Shown: positions 1 through 13,323, numbered from the stretch's first letter. The stretch: DNA of 64,000 nucleotides from Octopus vulgaris (GCA_951406725.2 OX597824.1:18166001-18230000); one strand, 5' to 3'. Notes: a model not told the origin generated them from the letters alone. Program-made: numbers and translations.

Positions 1-430
1 AGTTCTATTGATGTCTGTAACTATTGAGCATATAAGTCTTGGAATGTTGAATGGAATGCTCCTTTTTCTGTTTGGGAAAGGTCGCAAGATCTAAAATCTA
101 AATATTGGCGTGTATCTGTGTTCTTTCAGTAGTGATCGGTCGTAACTGTCTCATTTTCTTTAATCTTTAGAATGTCGAGAAAAATGAGTTCCATTTCATT
201 AAGTTCCATAGTGAACTGGATCGATTCTCGTATGCTGCTCATCATTTTAAGAAATCGTGTTCCAAAGTATTAAGCAGTCATCCCAAAATTTTTTTCTAGT
301 TCCAAATTAAATAAGTTTGAGAATGATGACGGAAGTAGTTCTGGACATAACTAGTCTCGCAAACATTGTTGCGACTTTCGTCTCAATTACCTGCCCTTGT
401 ATTTATCAATGAAGTAGTTGTATTCCAGTA

Positions 431-753
431 GTGAGGGCGCGTGGCTTAGTTGTTAGGGCATTCGGCTCATGATCGTAAGGTTGTGAGTTCGATGTCCGGC
501 GACGCGTTGTGTCCTTGAGCAAGACACTTTATTTCACGTTGATCCAGTCCACTCAGCTGGCAAAAATGAGTTGTACTTGTATTTCAAAGGGTCAGCCTTG
601 TCGCGCTCTGTGTCACGCTGATTATCCCCGAGAACTACGTTAAGGGTACACGTGTCTGTGGAATGCTCAGCCATTTGCACGTTAATTTCACGAGCAAGCT
701 GTTCCGTTGATCGTATCAGCTGGGACCCTCGTCGTCGTAACCGGCGGAGTCTT
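431..753 (+). mobile_element. tRNA-derived SINE, head H1 + tail X
   Basis: A box TGGCTTAGTTG, B box GAGTTCGATG, CORE-like GTGTCCTTGAGCAAGACACTT; 15-bp TSD agttgtattccagta (416-430 / 757-771). Confidence 0.9.
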
Positions 754-810
754 TAAAGTTGTATTCCAGTAATAACCATAATCTTTCAAGTATAAATTCT
801 TTTTAATTAA

Positions 811-1037
811 GGCGGCGAGCTGGCAGAAACGTTAGCGTGCCGGGCGAAATGCTTAGCGTTATTTCGTCTGCTTCTACATTCTGAGTTCAAATGTCGCCGA
901 GTTCGACTTTGCCTTTCTTCCTTTCGGGATGGATAAATAAAGTACCAGCTACGCACTGGGGTCGATGCAATCTACTTAATCCCTTTGTCTGTCCTTGTTT
1001 GTCCCCTCTATGTTTAGCCCCTTGTGGGCAATAAAGA
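811..1037 (+). mobile_element. SINE family B (ggcggcgagctggcagaa head), single unit
   Basis: Same head/body as the copies at 3102, 34635, 44146 and 61845; B box GAGTTCAAAT. Confidence 0.85.
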
Positions 1038-1649
1038 CATCTACAAAACCTCTACAAAACCATTTCTGAATTCGCTGTGGCTATTTGTCTACGATGGGTT
1101 CAACTGCTTCTAATCCTAATCAATGGGGTCTATTTGTGTATAGACTGGTTACTTCAAAGCTAACTAGGATTGTCTATTTACCTATTCTTTCTGGAATATG
1201 GCTTAGGAAGTCAATGACACTCTTGGTGGAATTATTAGTGCAAAGGTTTGAAGATATGTCAAGTAGATGGTTAAATTGTATATGTATATACACAAAGTTA
1301 TAAATAATGGTCATTACATGTTCTTTGAGAAAGAGATAGCGAGGAATCTTTCCTTGCTTATATGTGTCTGAGACTATGTATTTATATAGATATATGCCGT
1401 GAAATGTATATATAAAAGGTGAGTAAAAGTGTAACTTAAATATGAATTTCGAATTAGTATTGATAAGCGATAAGTTATATAGATTAATTGTCCACAAGTA
1501 TAAGTTGTCATTGCACTGAATTGATTTTACAATAATCTATGAAAATTAACACTACAGATTGTGAACACTAATAATGTGTGCGGATTTCCAACACAGTGAA
1601 CACAAACGCACAAATACACATACATACACTAACATACATACATACATAC

Positions 1650-1653
<4 letters not shown>

Positions 1654-1734
<81 letters not shown>

Positions 1735-1755
1735 GTATATATACATATATATATA

Positions 1756-1830
<75 letters not shown>
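1654..1830. repeat. (TA)n microsatellite, representative of very many TA/CA tracts (e.g. 7255-7440, 9487-9700, 22440-22700, 28975-29430, 41305-41435, 49715-49975)
   Basis: Directly visible dinucleotide repeat; source of the YIYIYI ORFs. Confidence 0.98.
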
Positions 1831-1832
<2 letters not shown>

Positions 1833-2140
1833 GGTGGTGTGGCGCGCGGACCTCTACAAGACCGAAGCCCTCTGCCAAATTCAAGACGCTTTCTTCTACT
1901 GCCCTCTGCCCTCTGACCCCACGCCCAGCTACCAACAGGCTGTGTCTTCCATTATCCCCGACCTCATCTCCTCCTTCCGTCTCCCCCCACCACTTCCAAC
2001 CTCATTGTCCGTACCCCTCGCACCCCCACTATTTACTTCTTCCCCAAAATCCACAAACCTAACAACCCTGGCCGCCCCATCGTCTCTACCTGCAACTGCC
2101 ACACCGAACACATCCCCAGGTATCTTGACCATGTCCTACC
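1833..2140 (+). pseudogene. Penelope-like (Neptune-type) RT N-terminal fragment, embedded between TA tracts
   Basis: [30 protein letters not shown]...LP, then after a frameshift [47 protein letters not shown]. The PKIHK..PGRPIVS motif is typical of PLE RT. Confidence 0.85.
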
Positions 2141-2167
2141 CACCCCATGGAGGCTTCGCTCTCCTCT

Positions 2168-2204
<37 letters not shown>

Positions 2205-2265
2205 GGGCGTGTGTGTGTATGTATATGTATATATATACATACATATATATAAATATATATATATA

Positions 2266-2430
2266 GGCGTAGGAGTGGCTGTGTGGTAAGTAGCTTGCTA
2301 ACAAACCACATGGTTCCGGGTTCAGTCCCACTGCGTGGCATCTTGAGCAAGTGTCTTCTGCTATAGCCCCGTGCTGACCAATGCCTTGTGAGTAGATTTG
2401 GTAGACGGAAACTGAAAGAAGCCTGTCGTA

Positions 2431-2479
<49 letters not shown>

Positions 2480-2699
2480 GTTTGTGTGTCTGTGTTTGTC
2501 TCCCTAGCGTTGTTTGACAACCGATGTTGGTGTGTTTACGTCACCGTCACTTAGTGGTTCGGCAAAAAGAGACCGATAGAATAAGTGCTGGGCTTACAAA
2601 AAATAAGTGCCGGGGTCGATTTGCTCGACTAAAGGCGGTGCTCCAGCATGGCCGCAGTCAAATGACTGAAACAAGTAAAAGAGTAAAAGAGTAAAAGAG
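2266..2699 (+). mobile_element. SINE family C (tRNA head, CORE-like block, internal TA/TG microsatellite, (GAGTAAAA)n tail)
   Basis: A box TGGCTGTGTGG, B box GGTTCAGTCC; tail ggcggtgctccagcatggccgcagtcaaatgactgaaacaagtaaaagagtaaaag; multiple copies in the window. Confidence 0.9.
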
Positions 2700-3101
2700 A
2701 TATATACGTGTATATATATATATGGGTATATATATATAATTTTATAATGTTTGACATACAATGCACTACGTTTATTAAATATACACCGCATATAAAGCAA
2801 TGAAGTATAGGTTAGAAATACATAACGTAGCAGAGTAATACATAATTTAGATAGTAAAGAACCATCTTTATTGTCTCTATAACACATTCAATAGCATCAT
2901 AGTATATTTTGGTTTAAAGTAGATTAGCAATTTTCTATATAGATTAGCAATGATTCATATCAGTTGGAAACAGAATATGTAAATTAACAACACTCTATAC
3001 AAAATATCAGTCGAAACCATAATGATATAAGTCAGACTGTTTATGACGGATGTGTATGATTGATATATTAGTTGACTGTCAAAATGTTCTGTCTTGGCAG
3101 A

Positions 3102-3795
3102 AGGCGGCGAGCTGGCAGAAGGCGGCGAGTTGGCAGAAGGCGGCGAGCTGGCAGAAGCGTTAGCACGCCGGGCGAAATGCATAGACGTATTTCGTCTGTC
3201 GTTACGTTCCGGGTTCAAATTCCGCCGAGGTCGACTTTGCCTTTCATCCTTTCGGGGTCGATAAATTAAGTACCAGTTACGCACTGGGTTCGATGTAATC
3301 GACTTAATCCCTTTGTCTGTCCTTGTTTGTCCCCTCTGTGTTTAGCCCCTTGTGGGTAGTAAAGAAATATATATTAGTTGACTGTCAAAATGTTCTGTCT
3401 TGGCAGAAGGCGGCGAGCTGGCAGAAGCGTTAGCACGCCGGGCGAAATGCCGCTACGTTCTGAGTTCAAATTCAGTCGAGGTCGAATTTGCCTTTCATCT
3501 TTTCGGGGTCGATAAATTAAGTACCAGTTACGCACTCGGGTCTATATAATCGACTTAATCTGTTTGTCTCTTCTTGTTTGTCCTGTCTGTGTTTAGCCCC
3601 TTGTGGGTAGTAAAGAAATAGGTATTTCGCACGTCGCTATGTTCTGAGTTCAAATTCCACCGAGGTCGACTTTACCTTTCATTCTTTTGGGGGTTGATGA
3701 AATAAATACCAGTTACTCACTGGGGTCGATGAAATCGACTATCCCCCTCCCCCAAATTTCAAGTGTTTAGACCTTTGTAGGTAGTAAAGAAATAA
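3102..3795 (+). mobile_element. SINE family B cluster with triplicated 17-bp head and a duplicated 5' flank
   Basis: (ggcggcgagctggcagaa)x3; flank atatattagttgactgtcaaaatgttctgtcttggcagaa occurs at both 3063 and 3369. Confidence 0.85.
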
Positions 3796-3944
3796 GATAT
3801 AACGATGTTCAATCGTCCTTGTTTATCTTTTAGTTTATACAAGTCGTCTTGTTTACGTTACAAAATACATCCATATTGCCTGACTATCCTTCATACGAAT
3901 TCGTATTCTGATAACATTAAGTGGATTCTACTTTCTGAAGGTTT

Positions 3945-4165
3945 TTCCGTTCTTTTGATTCAGTCATTTGGCTGAGATCTTGCTCGCGCACGGCCTTAAA
4001 CAGTTTCAGGTGAAGAAAGCAGTTCCAAGACTTATTTTCTGCAAGCTTAGTATTTATTATCTCGTTCTCTTATGGCCAACTGCTAAGTTACGGAACGCAA
4101 ACTCACCAACATCGGTTGTCAAGCGATGGTGGAGGGAGAAACACAGACACAAAGGCACACACACA
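3945..4165 (-). mobile_element. Diverged 3' half of SINE family C
   Basis: catcggttgtcaagcgatggtg...acacagacac block shared with family C. Confidence 0.7.
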
Positions 4166-4206
4166 TAAATATATATATACCTAGCTACATGTATATATGT
4201 ATATAA

Positions 4207-4604
4207 ACTCTTTTACTCTTTTACTTGTTTCAGTCATTTGTCTGCGGCCATGCTGGAGCACCGCCTTTAGTCGAGCAACTCGACCCCGGGACTTATTTTT
4301 TGTAAGCCCAGTACTTATTCTATCGGCCTCTTTTGCCGAACCGCTAAGTGACGGGGACGTAAACACACCAGCATCGGTTGTCAAGCAATGCTGGGAGGAC
4401 AAACACAGACACACAAACATATGCACACACACTTATATATATATATACATATATACGTCTACCAAATCCACTCACAAGGCATTGGTCAGCCCGGGGCTAT
4501 AGCAGAAGACACTTGCCCAAGATGCCACGCAGTGGGACTGAACCCGGAACTATGTGGTTGGTTAGCAAGCTACTTACCACACAGCTACTTACCACTCCTG
4601 CGCC
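4207..4604 (-). mobile_element. SINE family C
   Basis: Reverse complement of 2266-2699. Confidence 0.9.
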
Positions 4605-4638
<34 letters not shown>

Positions 4639-4639
4639 G

Positions 4640-4840
4640 TTAATCCAAACATGAAAACACAACAATGCGAGGACGTGGAACAAGTATAGTGTTATTGGAC
4701 CCTGAGGAAAGGAAAGAAAGAAGGAGGCTTTAAAGTTTCGAGCGGGGCTCTTCGTCAGAAACATAGGAAAAGAAAAGATCCAAGGAAGAGAAGACGGGGA
4801 AAAAAATCGCCAACGGTACACACACGATCACATTTTGAAT
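4640..4840 (-). mobile_element. Family E hammerhead-bearing PLE-terminal-type element (HHR fold 4727-4762)
   Basis: Minus strand GUUU CUGACGA A GAGC CCC GCUC GAAAC UUU AAAG; homologous to 6518-6790, 41020-41200 and 42413-42600; flanked by TA/CA tracts. Confidence 0.75.
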
Positions 4841-4849
4841 ATACACACT

Positions 4850-4909
<60 letters not shown>

Positions 4910-4969
4910 CGCACATACGCACACACACACATACACACACACACATATATATATATATATATGTATATG

Positions 4970-5135
4970 TTCGACGAGTTTCTTTTAGTTTCCGTCTACC
5001 AAATCCATTCACAAGTCTTTGGTCAACCCGAGGTCATAGTAGAAGTCACTGTCGCAAGTTGCCACGCAGTTGGACCGATTTCGGAAGCATGTGGTTTCGG
5101 AAGCAAGCTTCTTACCACACACCCACTCCTGCGAT
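4970..5135 (-). mobile_element. SINE family C head region, diverged
   Basis: tttccgtctaccaaatcca...cttaccacacacccactcctgcg. Confidence 0.75.
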
Positions 5136-5538
5136 ATCAATTTCTTGTATTCTTTCGATTAGCAGTGCACTGCATAGGTCAGCGTTCCCCTACTTGTCGT
5201 AGTTCACCGGGTTCAATTGGTTGCTGTGAGATGCACAAATAAAGGACTAAGGTTCCGTGAAGTAATTTCAAAATGTTCTTTGAGTAGACACAAATTTGAA
5301 AATCCTGCGCTCCGTTGGATAATCCTTATAAATAAAAGGGGCTGCTGGTAAAGAAAAGGCTGGTAACGACTGGTACGAACGGACAGAATCTGAAAAAAAT
5401 TCACTCGTAAAAAATTGAAAAATGAGAAGTCTTTACAACAGACACCACTGACGAGAAATGCACAATATAAACGTCGAATAATTATGAAGACAGTCACAAA
5501 ATATGTGTGTGCGTGCGCATGAGTGTACATGTGTGTTT

Positions 5539-5569
<31 letters not shown>

Positions 5570-6469
5570 ATGACAATGTGCATTTTAAATAGAACCATTC
5601 TGTTCCTTCCGGTTGTTGTCAAGCGATTAGTTTCTCACATAACAAATGTCAGGAAATGCACAAACAATCCCCAGTTAATTATTCTAATATAGATAGCTGC
5701 CGAACATCGAATGTAAACTAAGAAAAATGATGACAGGTAATATGATAAATTGCACTACCGTGACATTTATTTTCATTTTATATTTGTTGTTTTTTTGTTT
5801 GGATATTTTTACTGTGTTTTGTTAGTACTATCGGAAAATACAAAACAAAAATCGGGAAAGGCTTGGTGTGGAAATAAACAATAGACAATGAAAATAATGA
5901 TACTAGACAAACAACATATTAGAGTTTTATCAACATGAGGTTTCAAAGTGAATGAAAAAAATATAGAAATAAAAAAAAACATAGAAATTAAGAAAAAATA
6001 TAGAAATGGCAACAGAAGCAGGAAGAAACGGAACACTGCTGTGCCAATCAGTTGTTCCTAGAATATTTTGCAAATTGAGAAAAAATGCCTGAAAAATCTG
6101 TGGTGTCACTTCTCATATTTGATTGGAACTATGTAATGAAGAAAATACGTCTAAGAGATAATAAAAATAAATGAGAATTCTAATTAATTCCCGTGTTTAG
6201 AACATGGTTCTCAACAAACGGATGCCTTTCTGGTTGACAATCCTCGAAGTGTGTGCCACTGAGGGAGGTTGTATGCAGTCAATAAAACTATTGTAAATGG
6301 TACTGGAATCTACTGTAAAAATTACACATCGGTTTCATAGAAACCGGACATGAGGATACAGTCAATGGACACAAAGTCTTAACTCAATGTTTCTTTACCA
6401 TTCTGTCCTCTTCGATTCAAAAAGAGAAAAAAACATTCGCTTCCGTACTAACGGCTAATGTCGCAATAT

Positions 6470-6517
<48 letters not shown>

Positions 6518-6519
<2 letters not shown>

Positions 6520-6790
6520 AAGTTAATCCAAACAAGAAAACAAAAAAACACAACAACGCAAGGACGTGGAACAAATAAAGCATTATTGGACGCTCAGGAA
6601 AGAAGGGAAGAAGGAGGGTTTAACGTTTCGAGTGGAGCTCTTCGTCGGAAACATAGGAGAGGGAAGGTCTTGAGAGGGGAAGACAGAGGAAAAAGATCGC
6701 CGGTGGTACTCACGAGGTCACATACTGAAAGACGGAAGTAGTAAGGTAGAAGAATAATAATGTTTTTTAAAGACAGGAGAGTTTATCAAA
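6518..6790 (-). mobile_element. Family E hammerhead-bearing element (HHR fold 6618-6652)
   Basis: Minus strand GUUU CCGACGA A GAGC UCC ACUC GAAAC GUU AAAC; stem I GUUU/AAAC. Confidence 0.75.
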
Positions 6791-6897
6791 GACAGTATGG
6801 TAAAGAAAGTGAGAGGGGGAATGTGTGTGGGTGTGTGGGCGCGGGGAGGTCAGCGTGTGCGCGTGTGTGTGTATGTGTGCAATGATGACATATAAAT

Positions 6898-7326
<429 letters not shown>

Positions 7327-7327
7327 G

Positions 7328-7361
<34 letters not shown>

Positions 7362-7388
7362 AATATATATGTATATATATATATATAC

Positions 7389-7445
<57 letters not shown>

Positions 7446-7454
7446 ATATGGATG

Positions 7455-7811
7455 GAAGCACTCCGTCGGTTACGACGATAAGGGTTCCGGTTGATCCGAT
7501 CAACGGAACAGCCTGCTCGTGAAATTAACGTGTAAGTGGCTGAGCACTCCACAGACACGTGTACCCTTAACGTAGTTTTCGGGGATATTCATCGTGACAC
7601 AGAAAGTGACAAGGCCGGCCTTTTGAAATACAGGTACAAGAGAAACAGGAAGTAAGAGTGAGAGAAAGTTGTTGTGAAAGAGTACAGCAGGGATCACCAC
7701 CATCCCTGGCGGAACCTCGTGGAGCTTTAGGTGTTTTCGCTCAATAAACACTCACAACGCCCGGTCTGGGAATCGAAACCGCGATCCTACGACCACTGGG
7801 CCATTGCGCCT

Positions 7812-7813
<2 letters not shown>
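7455..7813 (-). mobile_element. tRNA-SINE head H2 + tail X
   Basis: H2 head joined to the aactacgttaagggtacacgtgtctgtggagtgctcagcc tail also seen at 431-753. Confidence 0.85.
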
Positions 7814-7860
<47 letters not shown>

Positions 7861-7862
<2 letters not shown>

Positions 7863-9485
7863 ACTTCTAAAAGTATGTAAGAGGGTCCTAGCAAGGCCAC
7901 TGCGGTCTCTCTTTCAGAGCTTCTTTGCAGCTGGCAAACTTCCAAGAAAATTGAAGGAAGGTAAAATATGCTCTATTCATAAAGGAGGTAGCAGAGCGGA
8001 GGCCAAGAACTACAGACCTACCTCTGTAACCTCACACATCAGCAAGGTCATGGAACGAATAGTCAGAAGGAAACTAATCACCTTCCTTGAAGAAAATGAC
8101 TTGCTGCCTGACACCCAACATGGTTTCCGACCAGGAAGAAGCTGCTTAACTCAGCTCCTACAGCACTATGACTGGGTGCTTAAACAACTGCTCAACCACT
8201 CAAATGTGGAAGTCATATATCTCGACTTTGCAAAGGCCTTTGATAAAGTCGATCATGGAATGATATGTCACAAACCGCGTGATCTTGGCATAGTTGGAAA
8301 ATTGGGAGAATGGTTTCATGACTTTCTGAAGAATAGAAGTCAGGTGGTAGCAGCCAATGGGGCCACTTCCATTAACACGCAAATAGTGAGCGGTGTTCCG
8401 CAGGGCACTGTTTTAGGACCACTACTGTTCATAATGGCCCTCTCAGACATGCCCTCAGTTACGCAGAGAGCCACGATCACAAGTTATGCAGATGATACAA
8501 AAGTTTCACAGGCAATACAGAACCCTGAAGACACTAAGCACCTGCAATGTGAGCTGGACGAAATATACAAGTGGGCTGAAAAGAATAGCATGCAGTTCAA
8601 TGCTGAAAAGTTTCAAGCTTTATACTATCAGCATGCAAAACTGAATGCAATACCCAATTAATACACTGGACCCGGAGGGATTGCAATCCCAGAGGCACAA
8701 TCAGTGCGTGACCTGGGTATTCACATGAGTGATGACGCGACCTTTCATGTACATATTGCTAAACTGGCAATGAAATGTAGACGGCTGGCTGGCTGGATTC
8801 TTAGAACCTTTAGAACAAGAGAACAAGAACCCATGATGGTCCTCTGGAAGACACTTATCCTAAGCCACTTTGACTATTGCTCTCAGCTATGGTCACCATC
8901 CAGTGTCAAGTTGATCACAGAACTTGAGGCGATCCAACGAAGCTACACGAAGAAGATAGCCTCTGTGCAGCATATGAGCTACTGGGAAAGACTCAAGAGA
9001 TTAAAGCTCTATTCCCTGGAGCGTAGACGAGGAAGATATGCCATAATATATATCTGGAAGATCCTGGAAGGACTTGTCCCAGACTTTGGCATCGAGAGTC
9101 ACACAAATGCCAGAACCGTGCGCCACTGCGTAGTACCAAGGACTCCAAATTTGCCATCAAGATGTAGGACAAGATACTGTGATAGCCTGGGCTTCAGCGG
9201 CCCACAGCTCTTCAATATCCTCCCGAAGAACCTGAGGGACCTGCATGGTGTAGATGCGGATGTCTTTAAAGTAGGACTGGATCTCTTCCTGTCAGGTGTC
9301 CCGGATGAACCAACTTCACGGCAGGAGGTGCAGATGAGGGCAGCTGCATCGAACTCTCTCATGCATCAGATGGCGTTTGCTAAAAAGCATCCGTGAGGTA
9401 AAATCGTGTAGCAAACCAAATGGCGGTGCCCCAGCATGGCCACAGCTCATTAGCTGAAACTGGAAAAATCAAAATCAAAATCATC
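7861..9485 (+). mobile_element. 5'-truncated CR1-group non-LTR retrotransposon (RT + C-terminal domain + 3' UTR); one in-frame stop at 8659-8661
   Basis: ORFs 7804-8661 and 8704-9396 are in the same frame: NYRPTS, QHGFRPGRSCLTQLL, YLDFAKAFDKVDH, SGVPQGTVLGPLLF, YADDTK, RDLGI, LYSLERRR; (CAAAAT)n-like tail. Confidence 0.95.
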
Positions 9486-9506
9486 ATATATATATATATA
9501 TATATG

Positions 9507-9543
<37 letters not shown>

Positions 9544-9592
9544 ATATATATATATATGTATATATATATTTGTATATATATGTATATATATG

Positions 9593-9642
<50 letters not shown>

Positions 9643-9704
9643 TATATATATATGTATATATACATGTATATATACATATATATATATGCATATATATATA
9701 TTAT

Positions 9705-9802
9705 TATTATTATATTATATTATATTATATTATATTATATTATATTATATGATAGTATAGTATATTATATTATATTATAGTATAGTATATTATATTATAG
9801 TA
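9705..9802. repeat. (TATTA)n/(TATAG)n pentanucleotide microsatellite
   Basis: Directly visible. Confidence 0.9.
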
Positions 9803-9970
9803 TATGGTGTTGCTTCAACAAGTGGAAAACAACCCAAACAGCGAAGAGTATAACGATAAAAATAGAAATATAAGTACAAATCACAAATTTTGTAAATACA
9901 GCTACCTAGGGTTTCCTTATAGTGATACTAATTTATTCTCGGTTCATAAACGCGAGATTGTCTCCCTTAT

Positions 9971-10072
9971 CAGCTCGCAGCGCCACTGTCCGATATTTCT
10001 GTGACTGAAGAGGAGGGAACTACTCCGAAACGTTTACAACTCACAGTCTGGATAGGTGGCGCCGCGGCTTGA
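9971..10072 (+). ncRNA. Hammerhead ribozyme-like fold with long stem I; cleavage triplet apparently lost
   Basis: CUGUGA CUGAAGA GGAG ggaacua CUCC GAAACGUU uac AAC UCACAG; stem I extends via GCGCCAC/GUGGCGC and UGUCC/GGAUA. Confidence 0.6.
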
Positions 10073-10139
10073 TTTGGGTTTTTATGTACACTAGACTTAA
10101 AAAGTAACATTTATGTATGTATGTATGTATGTATGTATG

Positions 10140-10173
<34 letters not shown>

Positions 10174-11133
10174 TGTATGTATTTATTTGTGCTTGTATGT
10201 ATGCGTGTATGTAGAATGGAAGGTTTTGGTGGGGGACACGTGTATTGTAAATGTGAGTGCATGTTTTAGTGTAAGGTATACTTTTGCATATATTTCTCAC
10301 CTGTGTAAAAATATCTATGAATGAATGCTTGAGTCTACTTAAGCATTTTCGTCGCTAGTATACAACTTCAGCTTCGCTCAGAAATATGTCTACACGTAAT
10401 ATTGCAAAAGAATTGCTGTACTTATCGACTGTAACATACTACTTTCAAACCATATTTTTTTCTGTATCTTTAGTTAAATAAATAATACAAATGCGATATT
10501 ATTTACCTGCCGAACAGTAAAAATTGTACGCGAGAAATATTAAGCCATATTATTATTATGAGGGATACAACTGAGCAGAAGTCTAAATCGTGGTGTGTGG
10601 ATGATATTAAAAATACGGTAACTAGATAAATAAATTCCTAAGGAAACTAATATATTTTGTCCAAATCTTCTACTCGCTTACCAGAAAATACGTGTAAATA
10701 TTGCAACAACATCTGAGTTCAATCAAGATAACAATATGCTTGGGTCTCCTATAGCTTCTGCTACTTCTGTTGTTGTTGTTGTTGTTATTGACGCTGCTGT
10801 TCTTCTTTATGGTGTGTTTGAGTAGAATACAGAATAACTACAATGACACATGCTTCACGTATTCTATGGCCATCTTTTCCTAATTACAAAAAGTACACAA
10901 ATATTAAAGATAAGATAAAAATAAGCTAAATAAAACAGAGTAAATCAAATAAATAAATAAATAAAGGAATAAGTAATTTTTTGCGGACTATTATTTGTCT
11001 ATATAATAATGGCCCCTTATTCATCGTCACATATGGAATGATTTTTCAAGTTTTGTAAAGCCAAATAGTTTTTTGATAGATAGAAATACATATGCATAAG
11101 AAGACAAATACGTAAACATAAGCACCAGCACAT

Positions 11134-11169
<36 letters not shown>

Positions 11170-11959
11170 ACACACACACACACACACATACACACACATA
11201 CTAATACACGCTCACAATAGGAAATTAATTATACATAGACATTTTTTTCTCATAGTTTAGATTATATCATAGACTAATGGGAGAAAGACTTCATAGTGAA
11301 GATAATTTACTTTCAAATACCTTCTTTATCTAAGAGCTCGAAAAGAGAAAACTACAGAAGCAGTAGGCTTCTTTCAAAAAATGTTGGTATGTGCCTGTGT
11401 TATTCTGCCATGTTTATTTGTGTAGACGGAAAAAATAAAAACCGTCAGTGATGCTAGGAATCTTTTAAAACGATTTATAGATTCTTTTAGGAGATATAAC
11501 TTTAGTTTTACAAACACCTATAGGGAACACGCTCGTGCGCAGATTTAAAATGCAGGCCCACCCTTCACACACACACACATACACACACACATACACACAC
11601 ACTCACACACATATATATGCACAGAAATATAAATATGATAATAGAATGATTGTACTTGATTTCTTAGTGTTGAATATTTTGCATAAAGTTGAGGTTTTCC
11701 CCTTAGGACCGCATTCAGACCCGCCCCCAAACCTTCTTAATCATTTTTTTTTATTTTTGTTCCATTCTTCTTTTCTCTTCTGATGATACGGTCGAAGGAA
11801 TAGCATCATATATGCTTTCTCCAACGGACAGCAAGCGTCACAAAAAGTTTTTCACTGTTTTTTGAGATAACAAGTGTGTCATGCTCCATGTTATTCTGAA
11901 AAGATGTTCTGTCTTGGACAGATTTGAGAACAAACGTTTGATGACACAGGAGAGATAAT

Positions 11960-12533
11960 GTTCGTTTCTACTCTAGGCACAAGGCCTCAAATTTAGGGGG
12001 AGGAGGCCAGTCGATTAGATCGACCCAGTGCGTAACTGGTACTGAATTTATCGACCCCAAAGGATGAAAGGCAATGTCGACTTCGGCGGAATTTGAACTC
12101 AGAACGTAACAGCAGACGAAATACCTATTTCTTTATTACCTACAAGGGGTTACACACAGAGAGGACAAACAAGGACAGACAAACGGATTAAGTCGATTAT
12201 ATCGACCCAGTGCGTAACTGGTACTTAATTTATCGACCCCGAAAGGATGAAAGGCAAAGTCGACCTCGGTGGAATTTGAACTCAGAACGTAGCGACAGAC
12301 GAAATGCCTATTTCTTTATTAGCCACATAGGGGCTAAACATAGAGGGGACAAACAAGGACAGACATAGGTATTATTAAGTCGATTACATCGACCCTAGTG
12401 CGTAACTGGTACTTAATTTATCGGATGAAAGGTAAAGTCGACCTCGGCGGTATTTGAACTCACAACGTAACTGCAGACGAAATACCGCTAAGCATTTCGC
12501 CCGACGTGCTAACGTTCCTGCCAGCTCGCCGCC
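11960..12533 (-). mobile_element. SINE family B with three tandem internal units
   Basis: Head ends ...ccagctcgccgcc at 12533; gtcgacctcggcggaatttgaactcagaacgt-like block occurs three times. Confidence 0.9.
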
Positions 12534-12783
12534 TTTTTTTCAAGTTAGTCTTTGAAGCTAGGTCTAAACCTGACATATGAATCACTTTATTTTGAGTCAA
12601 TGATGGTCGTCTGAAAGTAAAACAGCAACTGATCCGTTATGATATATTTAAGCGAAAATTCAGAATGGAACGAGGTAGAATTTGAACTAAGACAGAACAC
12701 ATGTTGCTCCTCCGACTCCTTAAACCAACCACTCCTTTTCCTCCTCTCTCTCTCTTTCTCTCTCTGTCCCCCCTCTCTCTCTC

Positions 12784-12871
<88 letters not shown>

Positions 12872-12874
<3 letters not shown>

Positions 12875-13076
12875 TTTTATTCTTTTACGCCTTTCAGCCA
12901 TTTGACTGCGGTCTTGCTGGAGCACCGCCTTTAGTCGAACGCATCAACCCCCAGGACTTATTCTTTTGTAAGGCAAGTACTTATTCTATCGGTATTTTTT
13001 GCCGAACGCTAATTTTCGGGGACGTAAACATACCAGCATCGGTTGTCGAGCGATGGTGGGGGACAAACACACACAC

Positions 13077-13115
<39 letters not shown>

Positions 13116-13275
13116 GACAGACTTCTTTCAGTTGCCGCCTGCCAAATCCACCCACAAGGCTTTGGTCAGCCTGAGGCTATAGCAGAAGACACTTGCCCAT
13201 GGTGCCATTCAGTGGGACTGAACCTGGAATCATGTGGCTGGAAAGCAAGCATCTTACCACACACTCAAGCATGCG

Positions 13276-13277
<2 letters not shown>
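12872..13277 (-). mobile_element. SINE family C
   Basis: Full head-microsatellite-tail layout. Confidence 0.85.

Positions 13278-13323
<46 letters not shown>

Larger units (their letters stand above)
1..1290 (-). pseudogene. Decayed Penelope-like element reverse transcriptase, split by two SINE insertions (431-753, 811-1037)
   Basis: Manual minus-strand translation: ...DFLSHIPERIGK*TILVSFEVTSLYTNRPH*LGLEAV (~1100-1210), KVATMFARLVM (~345-380), SIQFTMELNEMELIFLDILKIKENETVTTDHY*KNTDTRQYLDFRSC, then after a frameshift SIPFNIPRLICSIV (1-230). These match the PLE RT motifs LVSFDVxSLYTNIP, IQFTME/FLD, YxKPTDxxQYLxFxSCHP and IPxxLARRI. Confidence 0.85.

Noticed and set aside
431-500. SINE heads as genuine tRNA genes
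   Set aside because: A/B boxes are present, but there is no complete cloverleaf, and they continue into repeat bodies with TSDs.
1085-1303. 72-aa plus-strand ORF
   Set aside because: Antisense to the decayed Penelope RT on the minus strand.
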